From an uncultured Spirochaetota bacterium (lineage in GTDB: Bacteria; Spirochaetota; UBA4802; UBA5550): a DNA stretch of 64,000 nucleotides. A program made the translations under genes and the position numbers. Positions 54,723-64,000 of the stretch are shown here, piece by piece (position 1 is the stretch's first letter; each line of letters opens with the position of its first letter). The notes beneath the pieces are model-generated. The model worked only from the letters and a program-made list of their open reading frames with translations. It did not search any database and was not told the origin of the DNA. The DNA is taken from NCBI GenBank assembly GCA_963827275.1, contig CAWHAA010000010.1:288001-352000 (forward strand), given 5' to 3'.

Positions 54723-54832
54723 TCCCGCGCCGGCCCCGCCGCGGAAGAATAAATTGTTGACATTGTCATGAAGCGTATGTACTGATCGGTCATACGCTTT
54801 TTCATTTAACAGGGAATGGTGCCTCATCACAG

Positions 54833-55447
54833 ATGGATGAACAACATAAGCCACAGGAATCCCCCGCCGAGCAGGCCATACGAAGGTACCGGCGACCCGA
54901 CGGGGACGAACGCACGCTGAAACGGAGGAGATTTACCGGCGGCCTGTTCATCGCCAATGTCATCCTGATCATCCTGCTCTACGCGCTGTTCGCCGGCAAC
55001 AACGACACTGACGGGTACCGTACCGCCTCGTTCAATTATAACGATCTCCAGTTCAGGCTCTCCATGACGCGGGACCGGGAAACGCGCGATTATGTTTTTT
55101 CCCTCACCACCAGGCCCCTGGAGGGAAGGAGCGCGACCGCGCGGTTCAACAGGAACATGGCCGACCTGATCATCATGTACGGGCCCTCGGTGATCCAGAG
55201 ACGGACACTCGGGGATCAGGTCACGGCGCTTTACCTGAAGCAGGGCGACGCCGATGTGAGAAAGGCGGTGGTCGAGCGCAGCGAGCTGAAACTGTACGCG
55301 GACGCACACCCGGAGTCCATCGTGTCGCCGCGCGGGTCGCTCCTCCGCCGCGGCACGCCGTATATCCCCCTTGTCGCGGAGGTGCGCATCAACGCGGATC
55401 GGCAGGTGGGAACGTCGCTTAATTTCAACTACGAGGTGGAACGATGA
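54833..55447 (+). CDS. Hypothetical single-TM membrane protein
   Basis: Basic N-terminus, one TM, beta-rich outer domain; ATGA overlap with the next gene. Confidence 0.75.
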   Translation: MDEQHKPQESPAEQAIRRYRRPDGDERTLKRRRFTGGLFIANVILIILLYALFAGNNDTDGYRTASFNYNDLQFRLSMTRDRETRDYVFSLTTRPLEGRSATARFNRNMADLIIMYGPSVIQRRTLGDQVTALYLKQGDADVRKAVVERSELKLYADAHPESIVSPRGSLLRRGTPYIPLVAEVRINADRQVGTSLNFNYEVER

Positions 55448-55890
55448 CGGGACGACCGGGATGGGACGACTACTTCATGAAGATCGCCGAAGACGTGGCG
55501 ACGCGGTCCACGTGCATCAGGCGGAGCGTGGGGGCAATCATTGTAAAGGACAAGCGGATCCTCTCCACGGGGTACAACGGCGCGCCGACCGACGTCACCC
55601 ACTGCACCGAGGAGACCTGCCTGCGGACGAAATACAATGTTCCCTCCGGGGAGCGGCACGAGCTCTGCCGGGGCCTCCATGCGGAGCAGAACGCCATCAT
55701 CCAGGCCGCGTACCACGGGGTATCCATCAAGGACGCCTCGATATACATAACCCACCAGCCCTGCTCCATCTGCACCAAGATGCTCATAAACGCGGGCATC
55801 AGGAAAGTTATATGCAAGTCGCCCTATCACGACCCGCTCGCCGACGAGATGATCGCGGAGTCAGGGATGGAATTGATAATTATTAAATAG
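55444..55890 (+). CDS. dCMP deaminase / ComEB family zinc deaminase
   Basis: RSTC, TGYNG, HAEQNA, PCSIC. Confidence 0.93.
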   Translation: MTGRPGWDDYFMKIAEDVATRSTCIRRSVGAIIVKDKRILSTGYNGAPTDVTHCTEETCLRTKYNVPSGERHELCRGLHAEQNAIIQAAYHGVSIKDASIYITHQPCSICTKMLINAGIRKVICKSPYHDPLADEMIAESGMELIIIK

Positions 55891-55926
55891 CGGACTACAG
55901 AAGAAAGATAGTACAACAATGTATGC

Positions 55927-56027
55927 GGGATTCGACATTCTCGCTCGCCCGCCGCGTAAAATCATCCTGATTACGCGGCGGGACCGGTGACCTCCGTGTC
56001 ACCTGCTCGCCGAGAACATCGAATCCC
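55927..56027. repeat. Structured palindromic element (three-way junction; REP/MITE-like or ncRNA)
   Basis: Outer stem GGGATTCGA/TCGAATCCC plus TTCTCG/CGAGAA enclosing a 12-bp and a 6-bp hairpin. Confidence 0.65.
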
Positions 56028-56205
56028 TTTAATATGAAAAATAATCGATATTTCATGTGCTATATGATAAAAATAATTCCATATGCCTTTTTATAATCAT
56101 CAATTTGTTGGAAAAACAAAAAAATTGATGTATTTTTTCTGGAAATCGTGTCTAACTTCAGGTATGATATATAGAATGCATAAAATCATGACAGGATATG
56201 GCAGG

Positions 56206-56916
56206 ATGACAATGAAGGTCTCCACCGCTCTTTTTCTCGCGCTTATGTGCGCGCTCCCCTTCCCCTCTTTTTCACAGGAGGAAGGCGAGGAGGAGATGTT
56301 CAAGAAGGCCGCCGATTATTTCTTCCAGAAGAAATTCGACATGGCCGAGTCTTTGCTGGAACGCATCATTGACAAAAACCCGGACCATGCCATCGCCCAC
56401 TCCTACCTGGGCGACATCTTCCTGATCAGGAAACGCTACGACGGGGCGCTGGAGCTATACCAGAAGAGCGTCCGCCTCAGGCCGGAGGCGGGCGAAAACT
56501 ATTTCCGCATCGGGCAGATATACTATTACAAGAAGGACGGCGCGCAGGCGGTGGACTTTTTCAAGAAGGCCATCGAGGTCGACCCGCAGCTCAAATTCGC
56601 CTACTACCATGTGGGCCTGGCCTACCTGATGCTCCTCCGGGACAAGGCGAACACCATAGAGAACTGGGAGGCCTATATCAGGATCGCCGAGGACGATCCC
56701 CAGTATGACAGGATCAAGCGGGCCATAGAGCTGCTCCGGGACCCGAATTTCGTGATCCCGCCGCCGGGGAGCGAGGTCACCATCGAGGAGGCGCTCATGC
56801 TCGGGGGCGCCACCATAGACAAGACGATCCACAAGTCGAAAGACCAGGAAGCCGGCCACGAATCGAAAAAGACAAAGAAGAAGCTTGAAGATATCTATCT
56901 GGATGAGGAGCTGTAA
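56206..56916 (+). CDS. Exported TPR protein
   Basis: Signal peptide from MTMKVS, about four TPR motifs; start uncertain (56206/56212). Confidence 0.88.
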   Translation: MTMKVSTALFLALMCALPFPSFSQEEGEEEMFKKAADYFFQKKFDMAESLLERIIDKNPDHAIAHSYLGDIFLIRKRYDGALELYQKSVRLRPEAGENYFRIGQIYYYKKDGAQAVDFFKKAIEVDPQLKFAYYHVGLAYLMLLRDKANTIENWEAYIRIAEDDPQYDRIKRAIELLRDPNFVIPPPGSEVTIEEALMLGGATIDKTIHKSKDQEAGHESKKTKKKLEDIYLDEEL

Positions 56917-56925
56917 GGGGCCGCC

Positions 56926-59298
56926 ATGCGCTACTACAATGACAGAAAAAAATACATCATCGCGGGGGCGATCCTTCTCCTGCTGTGCATCGGAATACCG
57001 ATACTGGTCATCACCCTCCTCCTGAACCGCCCCGGTGATGAAATCACCGACATGCGGCTGAGGCAGATCGAGGGATACGAGCGGGTGCTCGAGGCCAATC
57101 CCGCCGACGTCAACGCCCTCCTCCAGATCGGCAACCTGTACAAGTCGCTCGGCGAATACGACCGCGCCATCGGATACTACCGGAGGGCCCTGAAGCACGA
57201 CCCGGGGAACTACGACGCGCTCAACGAGCTCGGCCACGCGTACGCGCTGAAGGGCGATTATGACCGCGCCATAGACACCTTCAACACCGCGAAACAATTC
57301 AGGCCGTCCCACCCCTCGGCATACAACAAGCTCGGCAACGTGTACGACGACCAGGAAAAATACCGCAAGGCGCTCGATGAGTATCTCAAGGCAAAGAAGG
57401 TGTCGCCGAAGGACCAGGAAAGCTACCGCAATATCGCGCGCCAGAGGCTCAGGAACGGCGATAGCGACGGCGCCATCGCCATACTCGAAAAGGGCATCAA
57501 GGCCAACCCTTCTGACGCGGAAGGATATTACAATCTCGGCAACCTCTATTACGAAATCAAAAAATACGACAAAGCCCTTGAAAATTACGACAGGGCCATC
57601 GACAGGAACCCGAAAAAGTCGAAATATCACCGCGGACGCGGCGAAGCGCTTCTGAAGCTCGGCAAGACAGACGATGCCTCCGCTGCCTTCATGAAGGCCC
57701 TCAGCGTTGACCCGACGGACGCCATTGCGGCTGAGCGCCTGGGCGACCTGCACGGGGTGAAGGGCGACTGGGGAAACGCGGCGCGGTATTACCGCAAGGC
57801 CCTCGCCTATAACGGCAGGGACAAAAACCTGAAAAAAAAATACGATGATGCGCTCCGCCGCCTCAAGGGAGAGGTGGGTGACCGCACGGCAACCCCGGCA
57901 ACGGTTATCGAAAAGAGAGTGGAAATCGAAAAAACACCGGCCGGAGCCATCAGGCCGGACCGCATCCCGCAAGAGACAAATGGCGACAGGGGCCTTGCCG
58001 CGGCAAAGGCGTCAAAACCGGCATCGCACTGGCGTGAAATCGGCGACAGGAAGCGCGCCGAAAAGGACTATGACGGCGCCCTGGAGGCGTACGGCAAGGC
58101 GGTTGAAGCCGACGAACGCGACGACCATTCATGGTACTGGACCGGGAGGATCCTCTACAGCAAAAAAGAGTATGACCCCGCCGCGGACGCTTTTGTGAAG
58201 GCCGTCGCCGCCAACCCTGTGCACGCCGATGCGCACTACCACCTGGGGCTGATTTACTACATGAAACAGAAATACCGGCCGGCCTATAACTCCTTCAGCC
58301 GGGCCATCAGCGCGAAAACGGTCTTTGCGAAGGCCTATTACTCACGCGGGCTCTCTAACGTCCAGCTCCAGAACAGGGCGGGCGCGATCAGCGACTTCAA
58401 AAAAGCGATCGAGCAGGACCCGACCCTGGACCGGGCATACTTCAACCTGGGGACCGTCTATTTCGACGGGAAGAATTACCCGAAGGCCCTCGAGTATCTC
58501 AAAATGGACCTGGAGCGCCGTCCCAATAATCCCGACACGAACTTCAAGATCGGCGAGACGTACCACGAGATGAAGGACTACTCTAACGCCATCAAGTACT
58601 ACGGGCATACCATCGAATTTGACCCGGACCACTACCAGTCCTTCTTCAACCTCGGCCTGGTCTATTACCACAAGGGCGACTACGCCCGCTCGATCGAGAT
58701 GCATACGAAGGCCTCCAGGATCAAGGAAGGCGACTACGCGCCCTACTACGAAATGGGAAAAGCGTACGACGCGCTGAGAAACCAGGAGAAGGCCATGGAG
58801 TGCTACGAAAAGGCCATCGACCTGAACCCCAGGGACACCAAGGCGTATATCAACCTGGGCACGATCTACTCAAAGAACAACCAGTATGACCGCGCCATAG
58901 AGCTGTACCGGAAAGCGGTGGACCGGAACCCGGAATCATTCACGGCGCACCACAACCTCGCCAACACGTACCGCGAATCGAAGCAGTACGCCAGCGCCAT
59001 CGACGAGTACAAAAAGGCGCTGCAGATCAAGCCGCTCGACGCGCAAACACACTTTTTCCTCGGCCTGTCGCACCGTGACGCCGGCCATCATGCAGAGGCG
59101 GCGCAATCCTTTGAAAAGGCCCTCGCCCTCGACAGCTCCTTGTACGACGCCCACGAGGAGCTGGGGATGATATATTACCGTAAGATAAAAAACAGTGAAA
59201 AGGCTTTACAACATTTTGAAAAACTGCTCTCTGTCAGACCGAATCATCCGAGGGCGCGCGAGATACAGAACATCATCAGCGCCCTTAAAAACAATTGA
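56926..59298 (+). CDS. Membrane-anchored multi-TPR protein
   Basis: N-terminal TM and two long TPR arrays separated by a low-complexity linker. Confidence 0.92.
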   Translation: MRYYNDRKKYIIAGAILLLLCIGIPILVITLLLNRPGDEITDMRLRQIEGYERVLEANPADVNALLQIGNLYKSLGEYDRAIGYYRRALKHDPGNYDALNELGHAYALKGDYDRAIDTFNTAKQFRPSHPSAYNKLGNVYDDQEKYRKALDEYLKAKKVSPKDQESYRNIARQRLRNGDSDGAIAILEKGIKANPSDAEGYYNLGNLYYEIKKYDKALENYDRAIDRNPKKSKYHRGRGEALLKLGKTDDASAAFMKALSVDPTDAIAAERLGDLHGVKGDWGNAARYYRKALAYNGRDKNLKKKYDDALRRLKGEVGDRTATPATVIEKRVEIEKTPAGAIRPDRIPQETNGDRGLAAAKASKPASHWREIGDRKRAEKDYDGALEAYGKAVEADERDDHSWYWTGRILYSKKEYDPAADAFVKAVAANPVHADAHYHLGLIYYMKQKYRPAYNSFSRAISAKTVFAKAYYSRGLSNVQLQNRAGAISDFKKAIEQDPTLDRAYFNLGTVYFDGKNYPKALEYLKMDLERRPNNPDTNFKIGETYHEMKDYSNAIKYYGHTIEFDPDHYQSFFNLGLVYYHKGDYARSIEMHTKASRIKEGDYAPYYEMGKAYDALRNQEKAMECYEKAIDLNPRDTKAYINLGTIYSKNNQYDRAIELYRKAVDRNPESFTAHHNLANTYRESKQYASAIDEYKKALQIKPLDAQTHFFLGLSHRDAGHHAEAAQSFEKALALDSSLYDAHEELGMIYYRKIKNSEKALQHFEKLLSVRPNHPRAREIQNIISALKNN

Positions 59299-59312
59299 AC
59301 GCGTGGTAAGAC

Positions 59313-59834
59313 ATGAAACGATTACTCAGACATGCAATCATCGGCATACTCGTCGCACTCCCCTTCTGGCTTTCCCACTGCACGCCGCAGCTCCGGGACG
59401 CGATCGACATCACGACGAACGGCTTCGTCAGCGACAGCCACTTCCAGGCACTCATTGAGATCGCCCCCGATGAAGCCAGCCGGGGGCTGGTCGCGCGAAG
59501 AGAGAGCGCATATCTCAGGGCAAAGAGCGCGCGTTTAAACGACATGGCGTTCGAGAGCCTGGTCAATTATTGTATTGACAGCCAGATCAAAACCGGTATT
59601 CTTGAGAAGAACCGTAAGGACTTCGATCTTGCCGCCCACCGCACGGCGCTGGCGGATAAATTGAAGGGGACGGTGCGGCACGGTAAAATAGCATTCGTGT
59701 ATTACAATGAAAAGAACGCCATGATCATAGGGTACCGGGTCTTCGCGATCGGCTTCAGGAAGAAGGTTGACGCAATCATCGCAGCCCCTGCCGCCGGCGG
59801 GCAGGAGAGCCAGGCTACCCCTGCGAGGAGTTAA
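59313..59834 (+). CDS. Hypothetical lipoprotein
   Basis: Signal peptide with LSHC; co-oriented in the TPR operon. Confidence 0.7.
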   Translation: MKRLLRHAIIGILVALPFWLSHCTPQLRDAIDITTNGFVSDSHFQALIEIAPDEASRGLVARRESAYLRAKSARLNDMAFESLVNYCIDSQIKTGILEKNRKDFDLAAHRTALADKLKGTVRHGKIAFVYYNEKNAMIIGYRVFAIGFRKKVDAIIAAPAAGGQESQATPARS

Positions 59835-59837
59835 CCA

Positions 59838-60296
59838 ATGAACGGAAAATCAATCGGCCCGATGGCACTGGCGGCGGTCATTGCTGCCATCTGTATTTCA
59901 TCCTGCTTGAAAGAGAACAAAAAGGCCGTCACGCCGGAAGCGGAAGAGATCCCACTCAGCGACGTCGATATTGAAAAAAAATACCTCTCGGAAGGCTTCA
60001 TTTCTCCCGACCTCTACCGGATCGTGATCGTTATGACTAAAGACCAATCGGCGACCGTGCCGGACATGGTGCTGTTCAAGGCCCGGAAGCGCGCGCAGGT
60101 TTCACTGGAGCGATGCATGGATGCGAGCGGCACAACCGCGGACAGGAATATCAGGGCGGAGATACTTTCGCTGATTGATCAAAACGGGAGCATAGAAAAA
60201 AAAGATATAGAGCAGAGCCGGTATTCCGTTTACTATTTCGATATTGTCAGAAAGAACCTGAAGAACCACCTGAAGAACATTTCTGCCGCCAGATGA
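59838..60296 (+). CDS. Hypothetical lipoprotein
   Basis: GAGGAG RBS, lipobox ISSC. Confidence 0.75.
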   Translation: MNGKSIGPMALAAVIAAICISSCLKENKKAVTPEAEEIPLSDVDIEKKYLSEGFISPDLYRIVIVMTKDQSATVPDMVLFKARKRAQVSLERCMDASGTTADRNIRAEILSLIDQNGSIEKKDIEQSRYSVYYFDIVRKNLKNHLKNISAAR

Positions 60297-60319
60297 CGTG
60301 TGCCGCCCCGCCGCCGTCC

Positions 60320-60877
60320 CTATTCTGAATATATATAGTAGGACAGGTTTTTCAGAATAAACAGGTCGAGCAGTTCCCTCTGCGGGCCGTACAGGCTGCT
60401 GAACATTATTCCTATTCCGAAATCTCCTTCATCTTCCTTGTCGGTCCGAATCACCATCGCCAGGGCCTCGATGCCGTTGAATTCCGAGTCTATTCCTTTC
60501 AGGTCGATGAGTACCTTTATTATAGACGAAATTTCGATCGGCTTCCCGGATTTGAAATACAGCCCGCCCCTGCTGATGTTGAGTATCTTCCCGACAAACT
60601 CGATGGCGCTGGTGTCATCGCCTGAAGACTCAATCAGGGTATCGATGATGCGTATCGGGATCTCGACCTCGAGCCTGAAAAATTTTCTCCTGCTGGTGGC
60701 CCCCTGGTCGCTGTAATTCCTCAGCAGCCATTCATCGAACTTATTATCAAACCAGTCGATCATGGACTCATCGAACGTTGTTCCCGGCGCATGCAACTCT
60801 TTCGAGGCATGGTATTTTTTTATTTCATTTTTTATGTCGCCGGACAACTTTTCGTATTTTATGTAGTTATGTTTCAT
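60320..60877 (-). CDS. PilZ domain protein with a short N-terminal helical domain
   Basis: RxxxR (RKFFR) and NxSxxG (NISRGG) c-di-GMP motifs; start moved to MKHNYIK. Confidence 0.85.
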   Translation of the reverse strand: MKHNYIKYEKLSGDIKNEIKKYHASKELHAPGTTFDESMIDWFDNKFDEWLLRNYSDQGATSRRKFFRLEVEIPIRIIDTLIESSGDDTSAIEFVGKILNISRGGLYFKSGKPIEISSIIKVLIDLKGIDSEFNGIEALAMVIRTDKEDEGDFGIGIMFSSLYGPQRELLDLFILKNLSYYIYSE

Positions 60878-61170
60878 ACACCGATACTCCACGATTTTCA
60901 TCTGGGTGAATCACTATGTCGCACCGGGAAAAAAAGCACAACACATAAATTTTTAATTTTACTCAAATAAAAACAAAATATTTTCTTGAAATAATTCGAT
61001 ATTAATAGTAGGGTTCATTATTTCATGGACAATATTTTGGTTTCTGTTGGTTTTTAAATCTGACCGTGCAGGACGGATTTTCCCATTCTGCAACATTCAG
61101 AATTGACCGGCTGATTCATGAAATAATCCTCCAATAGCGCACAATACTGAATTATACAGAGATATCGACC

Positions 61171-62925
61171 ATGGGTAAAATACACATCCTCGTTCTTGCT
61201 GCAGCCTTCTGTTTGTTAACGGCATCGGCGCACTCGACACCGGAAATCCAGTCAGAGATACAACAACCAAAATCCATACAGAACATATTAGACTCTGAGA
61301 ACAACAAGGCGACACGGGACAGGATGTACGAAATAGTAAACCGGATAGACGCGACCTACGCAAACCTCTACGAAAAAATGAAGAACGGAAAAAAACTGGT
61401 CATCTTCATTGACCCGGCCCACGGGAAGCTCCCCAATGGCCAGTGGCAGGGCGGCGATGCAACGCGCCGGACGAGCTGCACAGGACTGCCGGAGGAATAT
61501 TATTCCATCCTCCTCTCGCGAAAAATCTACGGGATGCTAAGCAGGAATAAATTTATTGAAGTGAAATCAACTGACGATTTCATGGAAGTGCTGAAAGGCG
61601 CCAGCGACACGTACCGCGATATCCCCTTCCCGAAGACGGTTGAGCTCGCCGACAAGGCCGGCGCATTCATAATCATATCCGAGCACCTGAACAACATATC
61701 GGTGGCCTACAAGGCAGACGGCAGGGTGAATCTGCCGGGGATACATGTCACCCGCAACGGGTACGGATGGAAGATGCTGCAGTTCGTACGCGACACCTAT
61801 TCGGGATTTTTGACCCTCTACAACAAGGTCGATGCCAGCGGATTTTCGCGCGTCTACGCCCTGAAGCTGAAGACCATGCTGGAATCCAGGGGGCTTAAGC
61901 CCAACAGCTGGAACTTTGGCGCTGTCGGCGATACGAGGTTCAGCTACTTCATCGACTTCCCGATGTCCGTCATATACGAGTCGGGGTTCATTTCACACCC
62001 CGAAGAGGAGAAGAAGCTGAAGGACCCTGAGCACATCGAAAAAATCGTAAGCTCGCAATACAACGCCCTCCTTGAGACCATAAAGGAAATTTTCGCCGTT
62101 GACCTGTCCGGCGATACCGTGAAAACCGCGGGCAACGCCAGCCCCGAGCGGATCGAACTGCTCAAGCTTTCACGCCTGGCCATCTACTACATCCAGGCGG
62201 TCGATTCCGGCAAGGCGATCCAGGTCATCCGCGAGCTGGAGCGTAAATATTCCGGCTCAAGATACGGTGAATACACATACTTTTTCTCCACTATAAAGAA
62301 CAATCTCGTCCTCTCGTCCCGCTACTTTCAGATGGCGGCGAAATACAAGCGCCAGAAAAAATCAAGGCTCGCGCGGCGATATTATTCGCTCGCGCGGCGA
62401 TACATCATGCGGGCGCCCATCTTCGCGAAAATGCACGCCCGCTACCATGCCGAAATGCGCAGTGCCGGACTTACCGGGTCACCCGTAAAGGAGTCTGCCG
62501 TAGAAATCGTGCCGGCCGTCAAATCAAGCGGCCCTGTCTTCGTCGCGAAAGCGCCGCTCCGCCGGAGCATCATCCTTCCCATCGAGCAGAACCAGAGCCT
62601 CGAGAAGGCGATCCAGCTTGCCCTGGGCCCTGACGAGGACACCCTGAAGCGGCTCGTGAAGTCCTTCAGCAACGCAAAGAACTATTCGAAAACAAAGACA
62701 TATGTCTATTCAAAGAAAAAAAAGAAACGCATCACCAAATGGGTCAAGTCACCCCGGAAGGTCAAGTTCGGTAGCGGCATCTATATTGTCAAACTCGACG
62801 GCAATTACAACGTGATTGGCGCGCGGTACGTCTCCCGGGTGCCGCTCAATCCCGGGCAGTACCAGAACCAGCAGTACCTGAAAAACTCATATTTCGCCCA
62901 TGACCACAAAGAGAGATCACTGTAA
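61171..62925 (+). CDS. Divergent N-acetylmuramoyl-L-alanine amidase (Amidase_3-like), exported
   Basis: Signal peptide; IFIDPAHG, downstream Glu, IISEHLN, IYESGFIS. Confidence 0.7.
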   Translation: MGKIHILVLAAAFCLLTASAHSTPEIQSEIQQPKSIQNILDSENNKATRDRMYEIVNRIDATYANLYEKMKNGKKLVIFIDPAHGKLPNGQWQGGDATRRTSCTGLPEEYYSILLSRKIYGMLSRNKFIEVKSTDDFMEVLKGASDTYRDIPFPKTVELADKAGAFIIISEHLNNISVAYKADGRVNLPGIHVTRNGYGWKMLQFVRDTYSGFLTLYNKVDASGFSRVYALKLKTMLESRGLKPNSWNFGAVGDTRFSYFIDFPMSVIYESGFISHPEEEKKLKDPEHIEKIVSSQYNALLETIKEIFAVDLSGDTVKTAGNASPERIELLKLSRLAIYYIQAVDSGKAIQVIRELERKYSGSRYGEYTYFFSTIKNNLVLSSRYFQMAAKYKRQKKSRLARRYYSLARRYIMRAPIFAKMHARYHAEMRSAGLTGSPVKESAVEIVPAVKSSGPVFVAKAPLRRSIILPIEQNQSLEKAIQLALGPDEDTLKRLVKSFSNAKNYSKTKTYVYSKKKKKRITKWVKSPRKVKFGSGIYIVKLDGNYNVIGARYVSRVPLNPGQYQNQQYLKNSYFAHDHKERSL

Positions 62926-62944
62926 TGCCGGCAGACCGGCCGGC

Positions 62945-63871
62945 ATGACATATAACTCCTTCAGCGAATATCTCCGTGAAAAATACCTGTGCCGTGTCCT
63001 GAAAATCCCGATCAACGCCGGCCTCTCCTGTCCCAACCGCGACGGCTCAATCGGCAGTGAAGGCTGCCTGTTCTGCTCCGCCGACGGATCGGCATCGCCC
63101 GGCATGTCCGTCTCCATGCCGATACCCGGGCAGATCGAATCCGCGAAACGCGCATTCAAGCGCGCCGACGAGCGAACGAGGTACATCGCCTATTTTCAGG
63201 CCTTTACCAACACGAACGCCCCGCCCGCCCGGCTGAAAGAGCTCTATGACATCGCGCTGGCGCAGCAGGACGTGATCGGCCTCATGATAGGAACCCGGCC
63301 CGACTGTCTGCCCGACGATATCCTGGACCTGATCGCCTCCTACCGGAAAGAAGGGCGCGAGCTGTGGCTCGAGATCGGGATGCAGTCCAGCCATGATAAA
63401 AGCCTTGATTTCCTGCGCCGCGGCCATACCAATGGCGATACGATCAACGCGGTCAGGCGGGCGGCGCAGCGGGAAATCCCGGTATGCGTCCACCTCATAC
63501 TGGGTATCCCCGGCGAGACCTGGGAAGACATGATGGCCACGGCGCGGTGCGTACGCGGCCTGCCGGTCAGCGGGGTGAAATTTCACCACCTGCATGTCAT
63601 ACGGGGCACCGCGCTCGAGGAATTGTACCGCGCTGGCCTCATGGGCACCCTCTCGATGAAAGAGTATGTTTCCATACTGTGCGATTTCATTGAGCGGATT
63701 CCGCCCGCGGTCCTGGTCCACCGGCTCATGGGCGATCGAGAGGAAAACACGCTCGTTGCCCCCCGGTGGGGCCTTCACAAGGGAACGGTGCAGAAAGCCA
63801 TAGACGATGAATTCCGCAGGCGGTGCACGTTCCAGGGATTCCTTATCGACAGGGACGGTACAGATACATGA
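62945..63871 (+). CDS. TIGR01212 (YhcC/YtqA) radical SAM protein
   Basis: [33 protein letters not shown]; start MTYNSF. Confidence 0.93.
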   Translation: MTYNSFSEYLREKYLCRVLKIPINAGLSCPNRDGSIGSEGCLFCSADGSASPGMSVSMPIPGQIESAKRAFKRADERTRYIAYFQAFTNTNAPPARLKELYDIALAQQDVIGLMIGTRPDCLPDDILDLIASYRKEGRELWLEIGMQSSHDKSLDFLRRGHTNGDTINAVRRAAQREIPVCVHLILGIPGETWEDMMATARCVRGLPVSGVKFHHLHVIRGTALEELYRAGLMGTLSMKEYVSILCDFIERIPPAVLVHRLMGDREENTLVAPRWGLHKGTVQKAIDDEFRRRCTFQGFLIDRDGTDT

Positions 63872-64000
63872 AAATAGCCGTGGCCATGAGCGGCGGCCTC
63901 GATTCGTCGATGGCGGCGCTGCTGCTGCGCGAAGCGGGCCATGAGGTCGTGGGTATCACAGCGGACCTCTCGGCCGGCCTTGTCAGCAGGCACCACGGCC
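63868..64000 (+). CDS. mnmA: tRNA 2-thiouridylase MnmA, N-terminal fragment
   Basis: [31 protein letters not shown] (SGGxDS PP-loop); runs off the window. Confidence 0.8.
   Translation, partial: MKIAVAMSGGLDSSMAALLLREAGHEVVGITADLSAGLVSRHHG

Noticed and set aside
56455..57972. 505-aa antisense ORF and many similar long shadow ORFs (e.g. 30097-31206, 36222-37589, 44734-45723)
   Set aside because: Antisense to well-supported genes; expected from GC-rich codon bias

Overview
A GC-rich, densely coding bacterial chromosomal window that looks like core or housekeeping genome of an anaerobe. A Spirochaetota-like lineage is suggested by the gene types (inference only, no marker gene). It carries cell-wall genes (PBP1A, M23 peptidase, NagZ-like GH3, a divergent amidase), RNA-modification genes (rlmN, trmJ-like, rluA-like, a TIGR01212 radical SAM gene coupled to mnmA) and an Opp-type ABC cluster without ATPases. 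It also has a split ADP-forming acyl-CoA synthetase with a TetR gene and a palindromic operator, a PAS hybrid kinase, an EndoQ-UvrD fusion, argC, ptsI, the tig-clpP-clpX-lon operon (tig and lon each broken by a single +1 frameshift), four tRNAs, fadN/fadA-like beta-oxidation genes and a TPR/lipoprotein operon. I found no CRISPR array, prophage, intact transposase, reverse transcriptase or defence island, and I cannot claim a clearly new multi-gene system. The best leads are: a 53-residue secreted, Lys-rich putative dihaem cytochrome c; the EndoQ-UvrD fusion ending in a clamp-binding-like QLDMF motif; a 101-nt three-way-junction element and other REP-like inverted repeats; a small Cys/His protein with two possible starts; an unannotated 47-aa ORF; and a pair of paralogous lipoproteins in the TPR operon. 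Many start codons were moved from the ORF track using RBS and homology cues.
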